64,000 nucleotides of DNA from Spirochaetia bacterium (GTDB taxonomy: Bacteria; Spirochaetota; Spirochaetia; SZUA-6; Bin103): NCBI GenBank assembly GCA_965203515.1, contig OZ241907.1, forward strand, positions 128,001-192,000. The letters are read 5' to 3'. Positions 1 through 8,280 of this stretch are shown here, in pieces. Every line of letters begins with the position of its first letter. The first letter of the stretch is position 1. Under the pieces are notes generated by a model, which worked only from the letters and a program-made list of their open reading frames with translations, was not told the origin of the DNA and searched no databases. The translations under genes and the position numbers were made by a program.

Positions 1-737
1 CCACCCGGCTACCAACTCCTGCAACATCGGCCCTACCTCCTCCGATCCCGGCAACGATTCCAGCACCACGCCTTTCATCTTGCGCGGCACCAGCACCTGA
101 TTCACCCATTCCCGGTACACTTGCGTCAACTCTGGGGTCTCCAACTCCCGCAGCCGCTCGAACAGCGCCGCCAGCAACTCCGGCACCCGCTCATCCGCGC
201 GATTGGTCTCCAGCGCGATCAGCGCCGACACCAGGTTGCGACCCGGCAGATCGTCCGCTCCCAGCCGCCCCTGGTCAAGCAGATAGTAGCGCAGCGACGG
301 CTGATACCGCGCCAGCGCCTCCCCGCCGAACGCGATCAGTTCCGCCACGTCCTCGGCGCCGTCCACGGCTGGCTCCCGTTGTAGATCACGATCGGCAACA
401 CCGGCGGCAGCTTGTCATGTTCGCGCAGCACGCCGTCGTCGATCAGCTTCTCGTACAGCATGCCGGTGTAGGTCAGCATCCGCATTGCCATGGCCGGCTC
501 GATGGTGGATTGGAACTCCAGCAGCACCAGGAGGTACAGCCATTCATCGTGGAACCGGACCCGCCACACCAGGTCGCCGTGGCGTTGGCGCAGGCGGTGG
601 CTGACGAAGCTGGCCGGCACCGGGGTGAGGGTCGAGAAATCGAGCGCGTCGCTCCAGCCGCGGGCGGCGAAGCCGCGCAACAGGTCCTGAACCGTGTGCG
701 GCTGCGCGAACAACCGCTTGTAGCCGGCGTCGTGCAT
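1..737 (-). pseudogene. Rpn family recombination-promoting nuclease/putative transposase (YhgA-like), copy 1; 1-bp frameshift at ~357; 3' end runs off the window
   Basis: N-terminal MHDAGYKRLF, RHGDLVWRV, LLEFQS and LPPVLPIVIYNG motifs typical of Rpn/Transposase_31. Nearly identical to copy 2 but lacks one C (cctcggcgcc vs cctcggccgcc), which could be a sequencing error. Confidence 0.85.
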
Positions 738-742
738 GGTGA

Positions 743-751
743 ATTATACCA
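743..751 (-). promoter_or_regulatory. Extended -10 promoter element (TGgTATAAT) 5 nt upstream of the Rpn copy 1 ATG, probably leaderless
   Basis: Minus strand reads gtgTGgTATAATtcaccATG, a perfect TATAAT in very GC-rich DNA with no SD. Confidence 0.6.
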
Positions 752-864
752 CACGCGAGCGGCAGGAAGGACCGGCTCACAGCAGCGGGCGGAGCAGCGG
801 GCGAGGTGGACCCGGAGCTGGCGGCGCCGGCGGATCGGGTGCGGCCCCTGGGCGGCGGGCGCTG

Positions 865-973
865 GGACAGCTCGGCGTACATCACGTTGTCGTAGTAGGG
901 CGGGTCCAGGCCGGTGATCAGCGGGGCCATCTCGGCGTAGGACCAGCAGAACGCGAAGTCGCCGGTCGAACGT
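865..973 (-). pseudogene. Fragment of an adenine-specific DNA methyltransferase (DUF1156/COG1743-like), internally deleted
   Basis: Translates TFDR/DFAFCWSYAEMAPLITGL-DPPYYDNVMYAELS. Contains the DPPY catalytic motif IV followed by YDNVMYAELS, characteristic of this family. Confidence 0.6.
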
Positions 974-1053
974 GGGATACTATGAGTGACGTCCTGGAAA
1001 ACGCCAAGGATGCTCTTGCCGCGGTCATCGAACTCTACGAGGAGGACGGCCGG
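970..1053 (+). pseudogene. HicB-family antitoxin fragment
   Basis: TWDTMSDVLENAKDALAAVIELYEEDGR resembles the HicB GxTxxEALxNxxDAlxxxxexxxxxG segment. The N-terminal strands are missing. Confidence 0.55.
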
Positions 1054-1087
1054 TTGTGCGGTCCCATTTCTTCGATCAGCTCGCCAA

Positions 1088-1240
1088 CTACTCCCAGCGG
1101 GCCAGCTCGCTCTCCGGGAGCGGTTCGAAGAAGCGGTCATCGACGGCGATCCGATCCCGCAACGCGCCGAACCGGCGCGTGCCCCGCGTACCCTTGAGGC
1201 GCGAGAGCTGCGTCCTGGCCTGATGGACGTTTACCGTCAC
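1088..1240 (-). pseudogene. Phd/YefM-family antitoxin, 50 aa, with an apparent in-frame internal deletion
   Basis: Not in the ORF track. GTG..TAG translates MTVNVHQARTQLSRLKGTRGTRRFGALRDRIAVDDRFFEPLPESELARWE. Both ends match Phd antitoxins but the central GEEVVIAR-GKPVARL block is absent. Confidence 0.7.
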
Positions 1241-1278
1241 CGCCGGCGATTTCGCTGTTCATCTTAGCTCAGCGCCGG

Positions 1279-1650
1279 TTATGGGATCGCATCCTGCACG
1301 CGGGCAAGCAGATCCTCCTCCGTCGCGCACTCGATGATCCAGTCGCCCACCTGTTCCAGGCGCTCCGGATCGGTCAGAAGCTCCAGCAGGACGGACAACC
1401 GCGGAGCCGTTTCCGCCGTGAACTTCAGCGCCGCCTGCCGGCATAGCCGCCTTCGTTCTTCGCTACGGCCCCGCTCGATGCCCCGCTCGATGCCCCGCTC
1501 GATGCCCCGCTCGATGCCCCGCTCGATGCCCCGCTCGATGCCCTGCTCGATGCCCTGCTCAATGCCCTGCTCGATGCCCTGCTCGCGGCCTTCCTTCAGG
1601 CCCTGCTCGCGGCCTTCCGCGACCCACCCGGCTACCAACTCCTGCAACAT
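1279..1650 (-). CDS. Putative intragenic small C-terminal Rpn protein (RpnS-like antitoxin), 123 aa
   Basis: In-frame internal ATG (MLQELVAGW) preceded by GGAGGAGGT with a 7-nt spacer. The same signal is in copy 1 (ATG at 27). The ORF is intact downstream of the IS. Confidence 0.6.
   Translation of the reverse strand: MLQELVAGWVAEGREQGLKEGREQGIEQGIEQGIEQGIERGIERGIERGIERGIERGIERGRSEERRRLCRQAALKFTAETAPRLSVLLELLTDPERLEQVGDWIIECATEEDLLARVQDAIP
1468..1620 (-). repeat. 12-bp tandem repeat encoding (I/R)E(Q/R)G tetrapeptides
   Basis: gatgccccgctc / gatgccctgctc units, giving IEQG x3 and IERG x6 plus degenerate REQG/LKEG units. Confidence 0.95.
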
Positions 1651-1700
1651 CGGCCCTACCTCCTCCGATCCCGGCAACGATTCCAGCACCACGCCTTTCA

Positions 1701-3032
1701 GGGGCTTCCGGGTTTCGTGTGGGTAGGGCGCCCTGACGGTGGCGGTGGCACCGCCAGCAAGGCTACGCTGGCGCCATGCGTGACAAGGAACTGTACGGCA
1801 GGATTCTGGGCGTCGAGGCACCGTGGCGAGTGGCCGACGTCGAACTGAACCTTCAGCAGGGCGAGATCGTGGTCCACGTCGAGCACGGCGGACCGCTCAC
1901 CTGCCCGCACTGCGGCCAAGCCGCGCGCCGCTACGACAGCCGTCAACGGCGGTGGCGCCATCTGGACACCTGCCAGTACCGCACCGTTCTGGCTGCCGAC
2001 GTACCGCGGTCTCAGTGCCGGCAGCACGGCGTCAAGCAGATCGAGGTGCCGTGGAGCGAAGGCCGCTCGCGGCTGACCGCGCTGTGCGAGGCGGTCGTGA
2101 TCGACTGGCTGCAGCACGCCACGATCGCGGCGGTGGCGCAGCAGATGCGGCTCAGCTGGGACGAGGTCGACGGAGTGATGCAGCGCGCGGTGCACCGCGG
2201 CTTACAACGGCGTGCGGCGCAGCTGCCGCCGCGGATCGGCGTGGACGAGACGTCGTTTCAGAAGCGCCATGAGTACGTGACGGTGATCAACGATCTGGAC
2301 GGGCACGTCGTGCACGTGGCCGATGGCCGCCGCAAGGAGGTGTTGGAGGAGTTCTACCAGCAGTTTGATCCTGAGCAGTTGGCTGGCGTCGAGACGGTCG
2401 CCATGGACATGTGGGAGCCGTACATCATCGCGACCGCCGCCTACGTGCCGGACGCGGAGCTCAAGATCGCGTTCGACAAGTTCCACGTCGCCCGGCACCT
2501 CGGCAACGCCGTTGACCAGGTACGGCGAGCCGAGAGCCGCCGGCTGGCCGGCAGCGGTGATGATCGGCTGAAGGGCAGCCGCTATGCGTGGCTGACCAAC
2601 CCCGAGCACATGGATGCCGAGCGTTGGCGGCAGTTCGCTGACTTGCGGGACAGCGCGCTGCAGACCGCGCGCGCCTGGGGCTACAAGGAACATGCGATGA
2701 CGCTGTGGAAGTACCGCTCTCGCGGGTGGGCGCGCAAGGCGTGGCAGGCGTGGTACCGGTCGGCGATCCGGTGTCGTCTGGAGCCGGTCAAGCGGGTAGC
2801 GCGGATGGTCAAGCGTCATCTGGAAGGGATCGTGACGGCGGTGGTGCAGGGGGTGAGCAACGCGCGGGCGGAGTCGATCAACGCGGGGGTGCAGAGGTTG
2901 AAGTACGCAGCGCGCGGCTTTCGCAACCGGCAGAGGTTCCGCAACGCCATCTACTTTCACCTCGGCGGTCTTGACCTCTACCCCGCCAGTGTCGGCCGTG
3001 ACCACCTCGTCCACACGAAAGCCTGAAGACCC
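1701..3032 (+). mobile_element. ISL3-family insertion sequence, 1332 bp, complete
   Basis: IRL GGGGCTTCCGGGTTTCGTGTGG vs IRR (revcomp) GGGTCTTCAGGCTTTCGTGTGG match at 19/22. 8-bp target duplication GCCTTTCA at 1693-1700 and 3033-3040. The empty site is visible in Rpn copy 1. Confidence 0.95.
1776..3026 (+). CDS. ISL3 family transposase
   Basis: CPHC zinc finger, RRWRHLD, IGVDE, AMDMW, DKFHV, NARAESIN and ARGFRN motifs. The stop codon lies within the right IR. Confidence 0.95.
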   Translation: MRDKELYGRILGVEAPWRVADVELNLQQGEIVVHVEHGGPLTCPHCGQAARRYDSRQRRWRHLDTCQYRTVLAADVPRSQCRQHGVKQIEVPWSEGRSRLTALCEAVVIDWLQHATIAAVAQQMRLSWDEVDGVMQRAVHRGLQRRAAQLPPRIGVDETSFQKRHEYVTVINDLDGHVVHVADGRRKEVLEEFYQQFDPEQLAGVETVAMDMWEPYIIATAAYVPDAELKIAFDKFHVARHLGNAVDQVRRAESRRLAGSGDDRLKGSRYAWLTNPEHMDAERWRQFADLRDSALQTARAWGYKEHAMTLWKYRSRGWARKAWQAWYRSAIRCRLEPVKRVARMVKRHLEGIVTAVVQGVSNARAESINAGVQRLKYAARGFRNRQRFRNAIYFHLGGLDLYPASVGRDHLVHTKA

Positions 3033-3831
3033 GCCTTTCATCTTGCGCGGCACCAGCACCTGATTCACCCATTCCCGGTACACTTGCGTCAACTCCGGGG
3101 TCTCCAACTCCCGCAGCCGCTCGAACAGCGCCGCCAGCAACTCCGGCACCCGCTCATCCGCGCGATTGGTCTCCAGCGCGATCAGCGCCGATACCAGGTT
3201 GCGACCCGGCAGATCGTCCGCTTCCAGCCGCCCCTGGTCAAGCAGATAGTAGCGCAGCGACGGCTGATACCGCGCCAGCGCCTCCCCGCCGAACGCGATC
3301 AGTTCCGCCACGTCCTCGGCCGCCGTCCACGGCTGGCTCCCGTTGTAGATCACGATCGGCAACACCGGCGGCAGCTTGTCATGTTCGCGCAGCACGCCGT
3401 CGTCGATCAGCTTCTCGTACAGCATGCCGGTGTAGGTCAGCATCCGCATTGCCATGGCCGGCTCGATGGTGGATTGGAACTCCAGCAGCACCAGGAGGTA
3501 CAGCCATTCATCGTGGAACCGGACCCGCCACACCAGATCGCCGTGGCGCTGGCGCAGGCGGTGGCTGACGAAGCTGGCCGGCACCGGGGTGAGGGTCGAG
3601 AAATCGAGCGCCTCGCTCCAGTCGCGGGCGGCGAAGCCGCGCAACAGGTCCTGAACCGTGTGCGGCTGCGCGAACAACCGCTTGTAGCCGGCATCGTGCA
3701 TGGTGAGGCGACGATCATACCGCATCCGCTGATCTTTCAGGCGATGATGGGGATTGCGCTGGTCGTGCGTGGACGCCACGTGGCAGCATGATCCGGCGGA
3801 CGCGGAGATCGATCATTTCTCGGGGACACGG

Positions 3832-4563
3832 GTGGTGACCAGTCGTCATCAGGTGCGCGTCGGTGACGCCACCATCGAGTACGCCGTCCGCCGCAGCGAA
3901 CGGCGCCGGAAGACGGTGCAGATCACCGTGGACCGCGACGGCGTTCGGGTCGCCGCGCCCGCCGGCATCGCGGATCGTGAGCTGCGCGCTCTGGTCGTCA
4001 AGCGAGCGCCGTGGATTCTCCGGCACGCCAACGCGCAACCGGACGCCATTGAGCCGAAGCGGTTCGTCAGCGGTGAGACGCTGCCCTACCTGGGCCGCGA
4101 CGTGCGCATCCTGGCGGTGCCGGCCGCCGGTCGCTCGGCGGAAGTCACGATCGACCGCGGCCATCTGCGGATCGCCGTGCCGGCGCGTCTCCCGGAGATC
4201 GAGCGTAGCGAGGCCGCCCGCGGCGCCGTGGTCATGTGGTATCGACTCCGCGCGGGGGAACACGTCCCGGCGCGCGTCGACCGGTGGCGCCGGCTCCTCG
4301 GCGAGGTCTTCGACCCGCGCATACTGATCCGCGATCAGCGCCGCCGGTGGGGAAGCTGCGCGGCCGACGGCACCTTGCGCTTCAACTGGCGCGTCATGAT
4401 GCTCGAACCTGCGCTGATCGATTACATCGTCGTGCACGAGCTGGCCCATCTGCAGGTGAGGAATCATTCGGCCGCGTTCTGGAACCTGATAGCGCGATCG
4501 ATGCCCGACGTGCAGGAGCGCCGGCGGAGGCTCCGGGAAGTCGGCCAAACGCTCCCGCTGTGA
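3832..4563 (+). CDS. YgjP-like/M48 family zinc metalloprotease (DUF45)
   Basis: QRRRWGSC, FNWR and DYIVVHELAHL..NHS..FW motifs. Start uncertain (ORF open from 3754). Confidence 0.85.
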   Translation: MVTSRHQVRVGDATIEYAVRRSERRRKTVQITVDRDGVRVAAPAGIADRELRALVVKRAPWILRHANAQPDAIEPKRFVSGETLPYLGRDVRILAVPAAGRSAEVTIDRGHLRIAVPARLPEIERSEAARGAVVMWYRLRAGEHVPARVDRWRRLLGEVFDPRILIRDQRRRWGSCAADGTLRFNWRVMMLEPALIDYIVVHELAHLQVRNHSAAFWNLIARSMPDVQERRRRLREVGQTLPL

Positions 4564-4602
4564 CCGCCGTTCCGAGTGACGGTCACGACCCGCGCGTCCC
4601 GA

Positions 4603-5745
4603 TCAGCCGGCCAGCCAGGCGGCGCGGCGCCGATGGGCGGCTACGTACTGGTAGCCGTAGTCCGGGTCCGGGGCGACCGGGATGGCGTTGCCGCGCGGCG
4701 GGTAGCGGGCGATCGCCTCCTCGTCCAGATCGACGCCGAGCCCGGGGCGGTCGGGCACCAGGACGTGCCCGTCCTCGATCACCGGCTGGCCGGTCATCAC
4801 CTCGTAGCGTTGCGGCACGTCGTTCACCAGGTACTCGTGGATCAGGTAGTTCGGCAGGGTGGCGAGCAGATGGATCGCCGCCATCTCCGCCACCGGTCCG
4901 AGCGAGCCCTGATGCGGCGCGATCATCACCTGGTGCGCCTCGGCGATGGCGGCCAGCTTCTTCATCTGCCAGAGCCCGCCGAACCGGCCGGTGTCCGGCT
5001 GCGCGACGTCGATGATGCCGCGCTCGATCAGCGGGCGGAGCGCGAACATGCCGGGATACGCCTCACCGATCGCGATCGGCAGGTCGACCGCCCGCGCCAC
5101 CCGCGCCAGGCCGTCGGCGTCCACGGCCGAGACCGGATCCTCGTAGAACAGCAACCCGTAGCGTTCCAGCCGCCGTCCCAGCGAGATGGCGTCGGCCGGC
5201 GTCTGCCAGGGGCCGCCCCCGGCGTCGACCATCAGGTCGATGTCGGGGCCGTATTCGCCGCGCAGCTTCCCGATGCGGCTCACCGCGTCCTGCCATCCGA
5301 ACAGCTTCATCGCCGTGAATCCGCGATCGGCCAGCTCCCGCGCCCGTCCGTCGTCGAAGGCGTGACCGTAGAGCCGGATGCGGTCGCGCATCTTGCCGCC
5401 CAGCAGGTTCCAGACCGGCGTGCCGAGCGCCTTGCCCTTGAGGTCCCAGAGCGCCAGCTCGATGCCGGTGATGGCGCCGCTGCCGACCACGCCGGTCATG
5501 CCGTGCCCCTGCGTGGCGGCGTACAGCTTCTGCCAGATCCGCTCGATCAGGAACGGGTCTTCGCCCACGACCAGCGGCGTCAGGTCGGCGATCGCCGTCT
5601 GCACGACCCGCGGCCAGCCCCAGCACTCGCCGACGCCGTAGAGCCCCGCGTCGGTATGGACCTTGACGAACAGCCAGTGGCGCCAGGATGCGCGCCCGGG
5701 CGCGCCGCCGGAGACCAGGAACGTGCGAATATCGGTGATGCGCAT
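4603..5745 (-). CDS. Mandelate racemase/muconate lactonizing enzyme family protein (acid-sugar dehydratase-like)
   Basis: GIELALWDLKGKALGTPVWNLLGG, metal ligands in MVDAG/FYED/IGE, and PGLGVDLDE. Confidence 0.9.
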   Translation of the reverse strand: MRITDIRTFLVSGGAPGRASWRHWLFVKVHTDAGLYGVGECWGWPRVVQTAIADLTPLVVGEDPFLIERIWQKLYAATQGHGMTGVVGSGAITGIELALWDLKGKALGTPVWNLLGGKMRDRIRLYGHAFDDGRARELADRGFTAMKLFGWQDAVSRIGKLRGEYGPDIDLMVDAGGGPWQTPADAISLGRRLERYGLLFYEDPVSAVDADGLARVARAVDLPIAIGEAYPGMFALRPLIERGIIDVAQPDTGRFGGLWQMKKLAAIAEAHQVMIAPHQGSLGPVAEMAAIHLLATLPNYLIHEYLVNDVPQRYEVMTGQPVIEDGHVLVPDRPGLGVDLDEEAIARYPPRGNAIPVAPDPDYGYQYVAAHRRRAAWLAG

Positions 5746-5802
5746 GGTGAACGCCGCGGTTGACGCCGGCGCCAAACATACCCCATCCCGGATCGGCAAT
5801 CG

Positions 5803-8280
5803 GTGAGCGGGTTCGTTGGCTACATCCTCAACGCGACCTACGTCACGTCGCGCGGCCGCGCGGTCGTCCATCTGTACGGCAAGTTGCAGGACGGCCGCCC
5901 GTTTCTGGTTCGCGACGGCCGCGGCGTGCCCTGCTTCCACGTCGAGCGCGCCGATCGGGAGCGGGCGTCCGTCGCCGGGGCGCCCGCGCCGGTGTCGACC
6001 CGGCTCCGTACGCTGTATGGCGCGCCGGTGCAACGCGTGGAGCTGGCCCATCCTCGGCAGGCGCCGGCGCTGCGCGACCGGCTCCATCGAGCCGGCGTGC
6101 GCACCTACGAGGCGGACGTTCGCTTTGCCTACCGCTACCTCATCGACCGGGGCATCCGCAGCGCCGTGCGGATCCGCGGGAACCCGGCTTCCGCCGGCTG
6201 GGGCCGGCCGCCGACCGCGGTGTTCGACGAGCCGTCGCTGGAGCCGGCCGACTGGACGCCGGAGCTGACCACGCTATCGATCGACATCGAGACCGATCCC
6301 AAGGCGCAGCGCATCTACTCGGTGGCGTTGTGGGGCTGCGGAGCGCAGGAGGTGCTGCTGTGGTGCCCGGACGAGGCGGCCCGAGCCGCCTGTCCCAGCG
6401 GCGCCGTGCCGTGCGCGGACGAGGCGGAGCTGCTGATCGCCCTCTGTCGGCGGATCCGCGCGCTCGACCCCGACGTGGTGACCGGCTGGAACATCATCGA
6501 CTTCGACGTGCCGGTGCTGCTTCGCCGGGCGGCTGCCGCCGGCGTGACGCTGGCGATGGGCCGTGCGCCGGGGGAGCTCCGCCAGCGGGCCGGCGGCGCG
6601 CGCCGGTCCGGCGACTCGGTGTTCATACCGGGCCGCACCGTGCTGGACGGAATTCGCCTGCTGCGGGCGGTCGCGTTGCGGCTGCCGGGTTACGGCCTGG
6701 AGAGCGCCTCCCGCCATGTCCTGGGCGAGGGCAAGGTCTTCGTCGCCGCCGATCACGCCGCCGAGATACAACGCTGCTTTGCGCAGGACCCGGAGCGGTT
6801 CGTGCGCTACAACCTGACCGACGCGCGGCTGGCGTACGACATCCTGGAGAAGCTGCGGCTGGTCCCGTTCACCGTGCAGCGCAGCCTGCTCACCGGCATG
6901 CCGCCCGACCGCGCCGGCGCCTCGATCGCCGCCTTCGACTTCCTGTACCTGTCGCGCCTGCGGGAACGGGGCGTGGTGGCCCCCACCGTCGGGGCCGCGC
7001 CGGAAGATGGCGCCGCGCCGGGCTGGCCGGGTCAACAGGGTCGGCCGGGCCAACAGGGCGGGCACGTCCTGGCCTCGCAACCGGGGCTGCACGACGGCGT
7101 GCTGGTGTTCGACTTCAAGAGCCTGTATCCCAGCATCATACGCACCTTCCAGATCGATCCGCTCGGTCTGATCAGGCGACCGGCGCCGGACGGCCAAGCG
7201 TCTCCGGACGCCCAAGCGTCTCCGTACGCCCGGGACGCCGACGCCATCCGGGCGCCCAACGGCGCTCGCTTTCGCCGGCGGCGCGGCATCCTGAGCGGGC
7301 TGCTGGACGATCTGTTCGCCAGCCGCGAGCGCGCCAAGCGGCAGGGTGACGCGGTGGCCGCCAACGCCATCAAGCTCCTGATGAACTCCTTCTACGGGGT
7401 GCTGGGCACGCCGTCCTGCCGATTCTACGACCCGCGGCTGGCGAATGCCATCACCGGCTTCGGCAAGCACTTCCTGCTCTGGGCCAAGGCGTGGATGGAG
7501 CGGCGCGGGCTGCGCGTGCTGTACGGCGACACGGACAGCCTGTTCGTCGCGGCCGGCGAAGCCGGCGCGGCCGCGCAGGGCGCGCGGCTGGCCGAGGAGC
7601 TGACCGCGGACCTGGCCCGCTACGTCGAGGAGACCTGGCGGGTGCGGAGCGCCCTGCGCCTGGAGTTCGAGCTGCTGTTCGACCGGCTGTTCCTGCCGCC
7701 GCTGCGCTCCGGCGAGCGCGGCGCCGCCAAGCGGTACGTGGGCCGGTGCGGCGGCCGGCTGCACTTCACCGGCATGGAGGTAGTGCGCAGCGACTGGACC
7801 GAGCTGGCGCACGAGGTCCAGCGCGAACTCTACGGCCGCCTGTTCGCCGGCGATCCGGTCGAGGATTACCTGCGGCAGGTGATCGGCGAGGTCGCCGCCG
7901 GCCGGCGCGACCGGCAACTCGTCTACCGCAAGGCGCTCCGCAAGGGCGTGCGGGAGTATCGGGCGCTCCCGCCGCACGTAGTAGCGGCCCGCAAGCGGGG
8001 CGCGCTGCCGGCCGAGGAGCTGCGCGGCGTGATCGAGTACGTCATCACCGTCGAGGGACCGGAGCCGGCCGGCGGGCTCCGCAACCGCATCGACTACGAG
8101 CACTACGTCGAGCGCCAGATCCGTCCGGTAGCCGAGCCGGTGCTCGGCGTCCTGCGGCGGGACTTCGACGATATCCGCCGCAATCAGCGCCAGTTGGCGC
8201 TGTTCCCGGTGGCGGAGGAATCGGCGGCGGAATCGTCGGCGCGGGCGCGGCCTACAGGTCGACCGCCATCAGCCGCATGA
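5803..8280 (+). CDS. polB: DNA polymerase II (family B)
   Basis: Exonuclease motifs DIETD, GWNIIDFD and YNLTD; polymerase motifs DFKSLYPSII, KLLMNSFYG and YGDTDS; C-terminal QLALF clamp-binding motif. Confidence 0.92.
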   Translation: MSGFVGYILNATYVTSRGRAVVHLYGKLQDGRPFLVRDGRGVPCFHVERADRERASVAGAPAPVSTRLRTLYGAPVQRVELAHPRQAPALRDRLHRAGVRTYEADVRFAYRYLIDRGIRSAVRIRGNPASAGWGRPPTAVFDEPSLEPADWTPELTTLSIDIETDPKAQRIYSVALWGCGAQEVLLWCPDEAARAACPSGAVPCADEAELLIALCRRIRALDPDVVTGWNIIDFDVPVLLRRAAAAGVTLAMGRAPGELRQRAGGARRSGDSVFIPGRTVLDGIRLLRAVALRLPGYGLESASRHVLGEGKVFVAADHAAEIQRCFAQDPERFVRYNLTDARLAYDILEKLRLVPFTVQRSLLTGMPPDRAGASIAAFDFLYLSRLRERGVVAPTVGAAPEDGAAPGWPGQQGRPGQQGGHVLASQPGLHDGVLVFDFKSLYPSIIRTFQIDPLGLIRRPAPDGQASPDAQASPYARDADAIRAPNGARFRRRRGILSGLLDDLFASRERAKRQGDAVAANAIKLLMNSFYGVLGTPSCRFYDPRLANAITGFGKHFLLWAKAWMERRGLRVLYGDTDSLFVAAGEAGAAAQGARLAEELTADLARYVEETWRVRSALRLEFELLFDRLFLPPLRSGERGAAKRYVGRCGGRLHFTGMEVVRSDWTELAHEVQRELYGRLFAGDPVEDYLRQVIGEVAAGRRDRQLVYRKALRKGVREYRALPPHVVAARKRGALPAEELRGVIEYVITVEGPEPAGGLRNRIDYEHYVERQIRPVAEPVLGVLRRDFDDIRRNQRQLALFPVAEESAAESSARARPTGRPPSAA

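Larger units (their letters stand above)
1279..3701 (-). pseudogene. Rpn family nuclease/putative transposase, copy 2, interrupted by ISL3 (360 aa if the IS and one TSD are removed)
   Basis: ATG at 3701 (MHDAGYKRLF). Sequence on both sides of the IS rejoins to match uninterrupted copy 1 (VPRKMKGVVLESLPG). C-terminal EQG/ERG repeats and a LEQVGDWIIECAT tail. Confidence 0.9.

Noticed and set aside
1468..1620. CRISPR-like array
   Set aside because: 12-bp units are directly adjacent with no spacers and encode in-frame tetrapeptides. No cas genes or repeat-spacer arrays were seen in the window.
1701..1790. Outward-facing IS promoter (TTGTCA...TAGCCT, minus strand) driving the small Rpn ORF
   Set aside because: The spacer is only 15 nt, too weak to call without transcript data.
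2202..3779. 525-aa Rpn fusion protein
   Set aside because: It is the Rpn N-terminal part reading through into the antisense strand of the ISL3 transposase.
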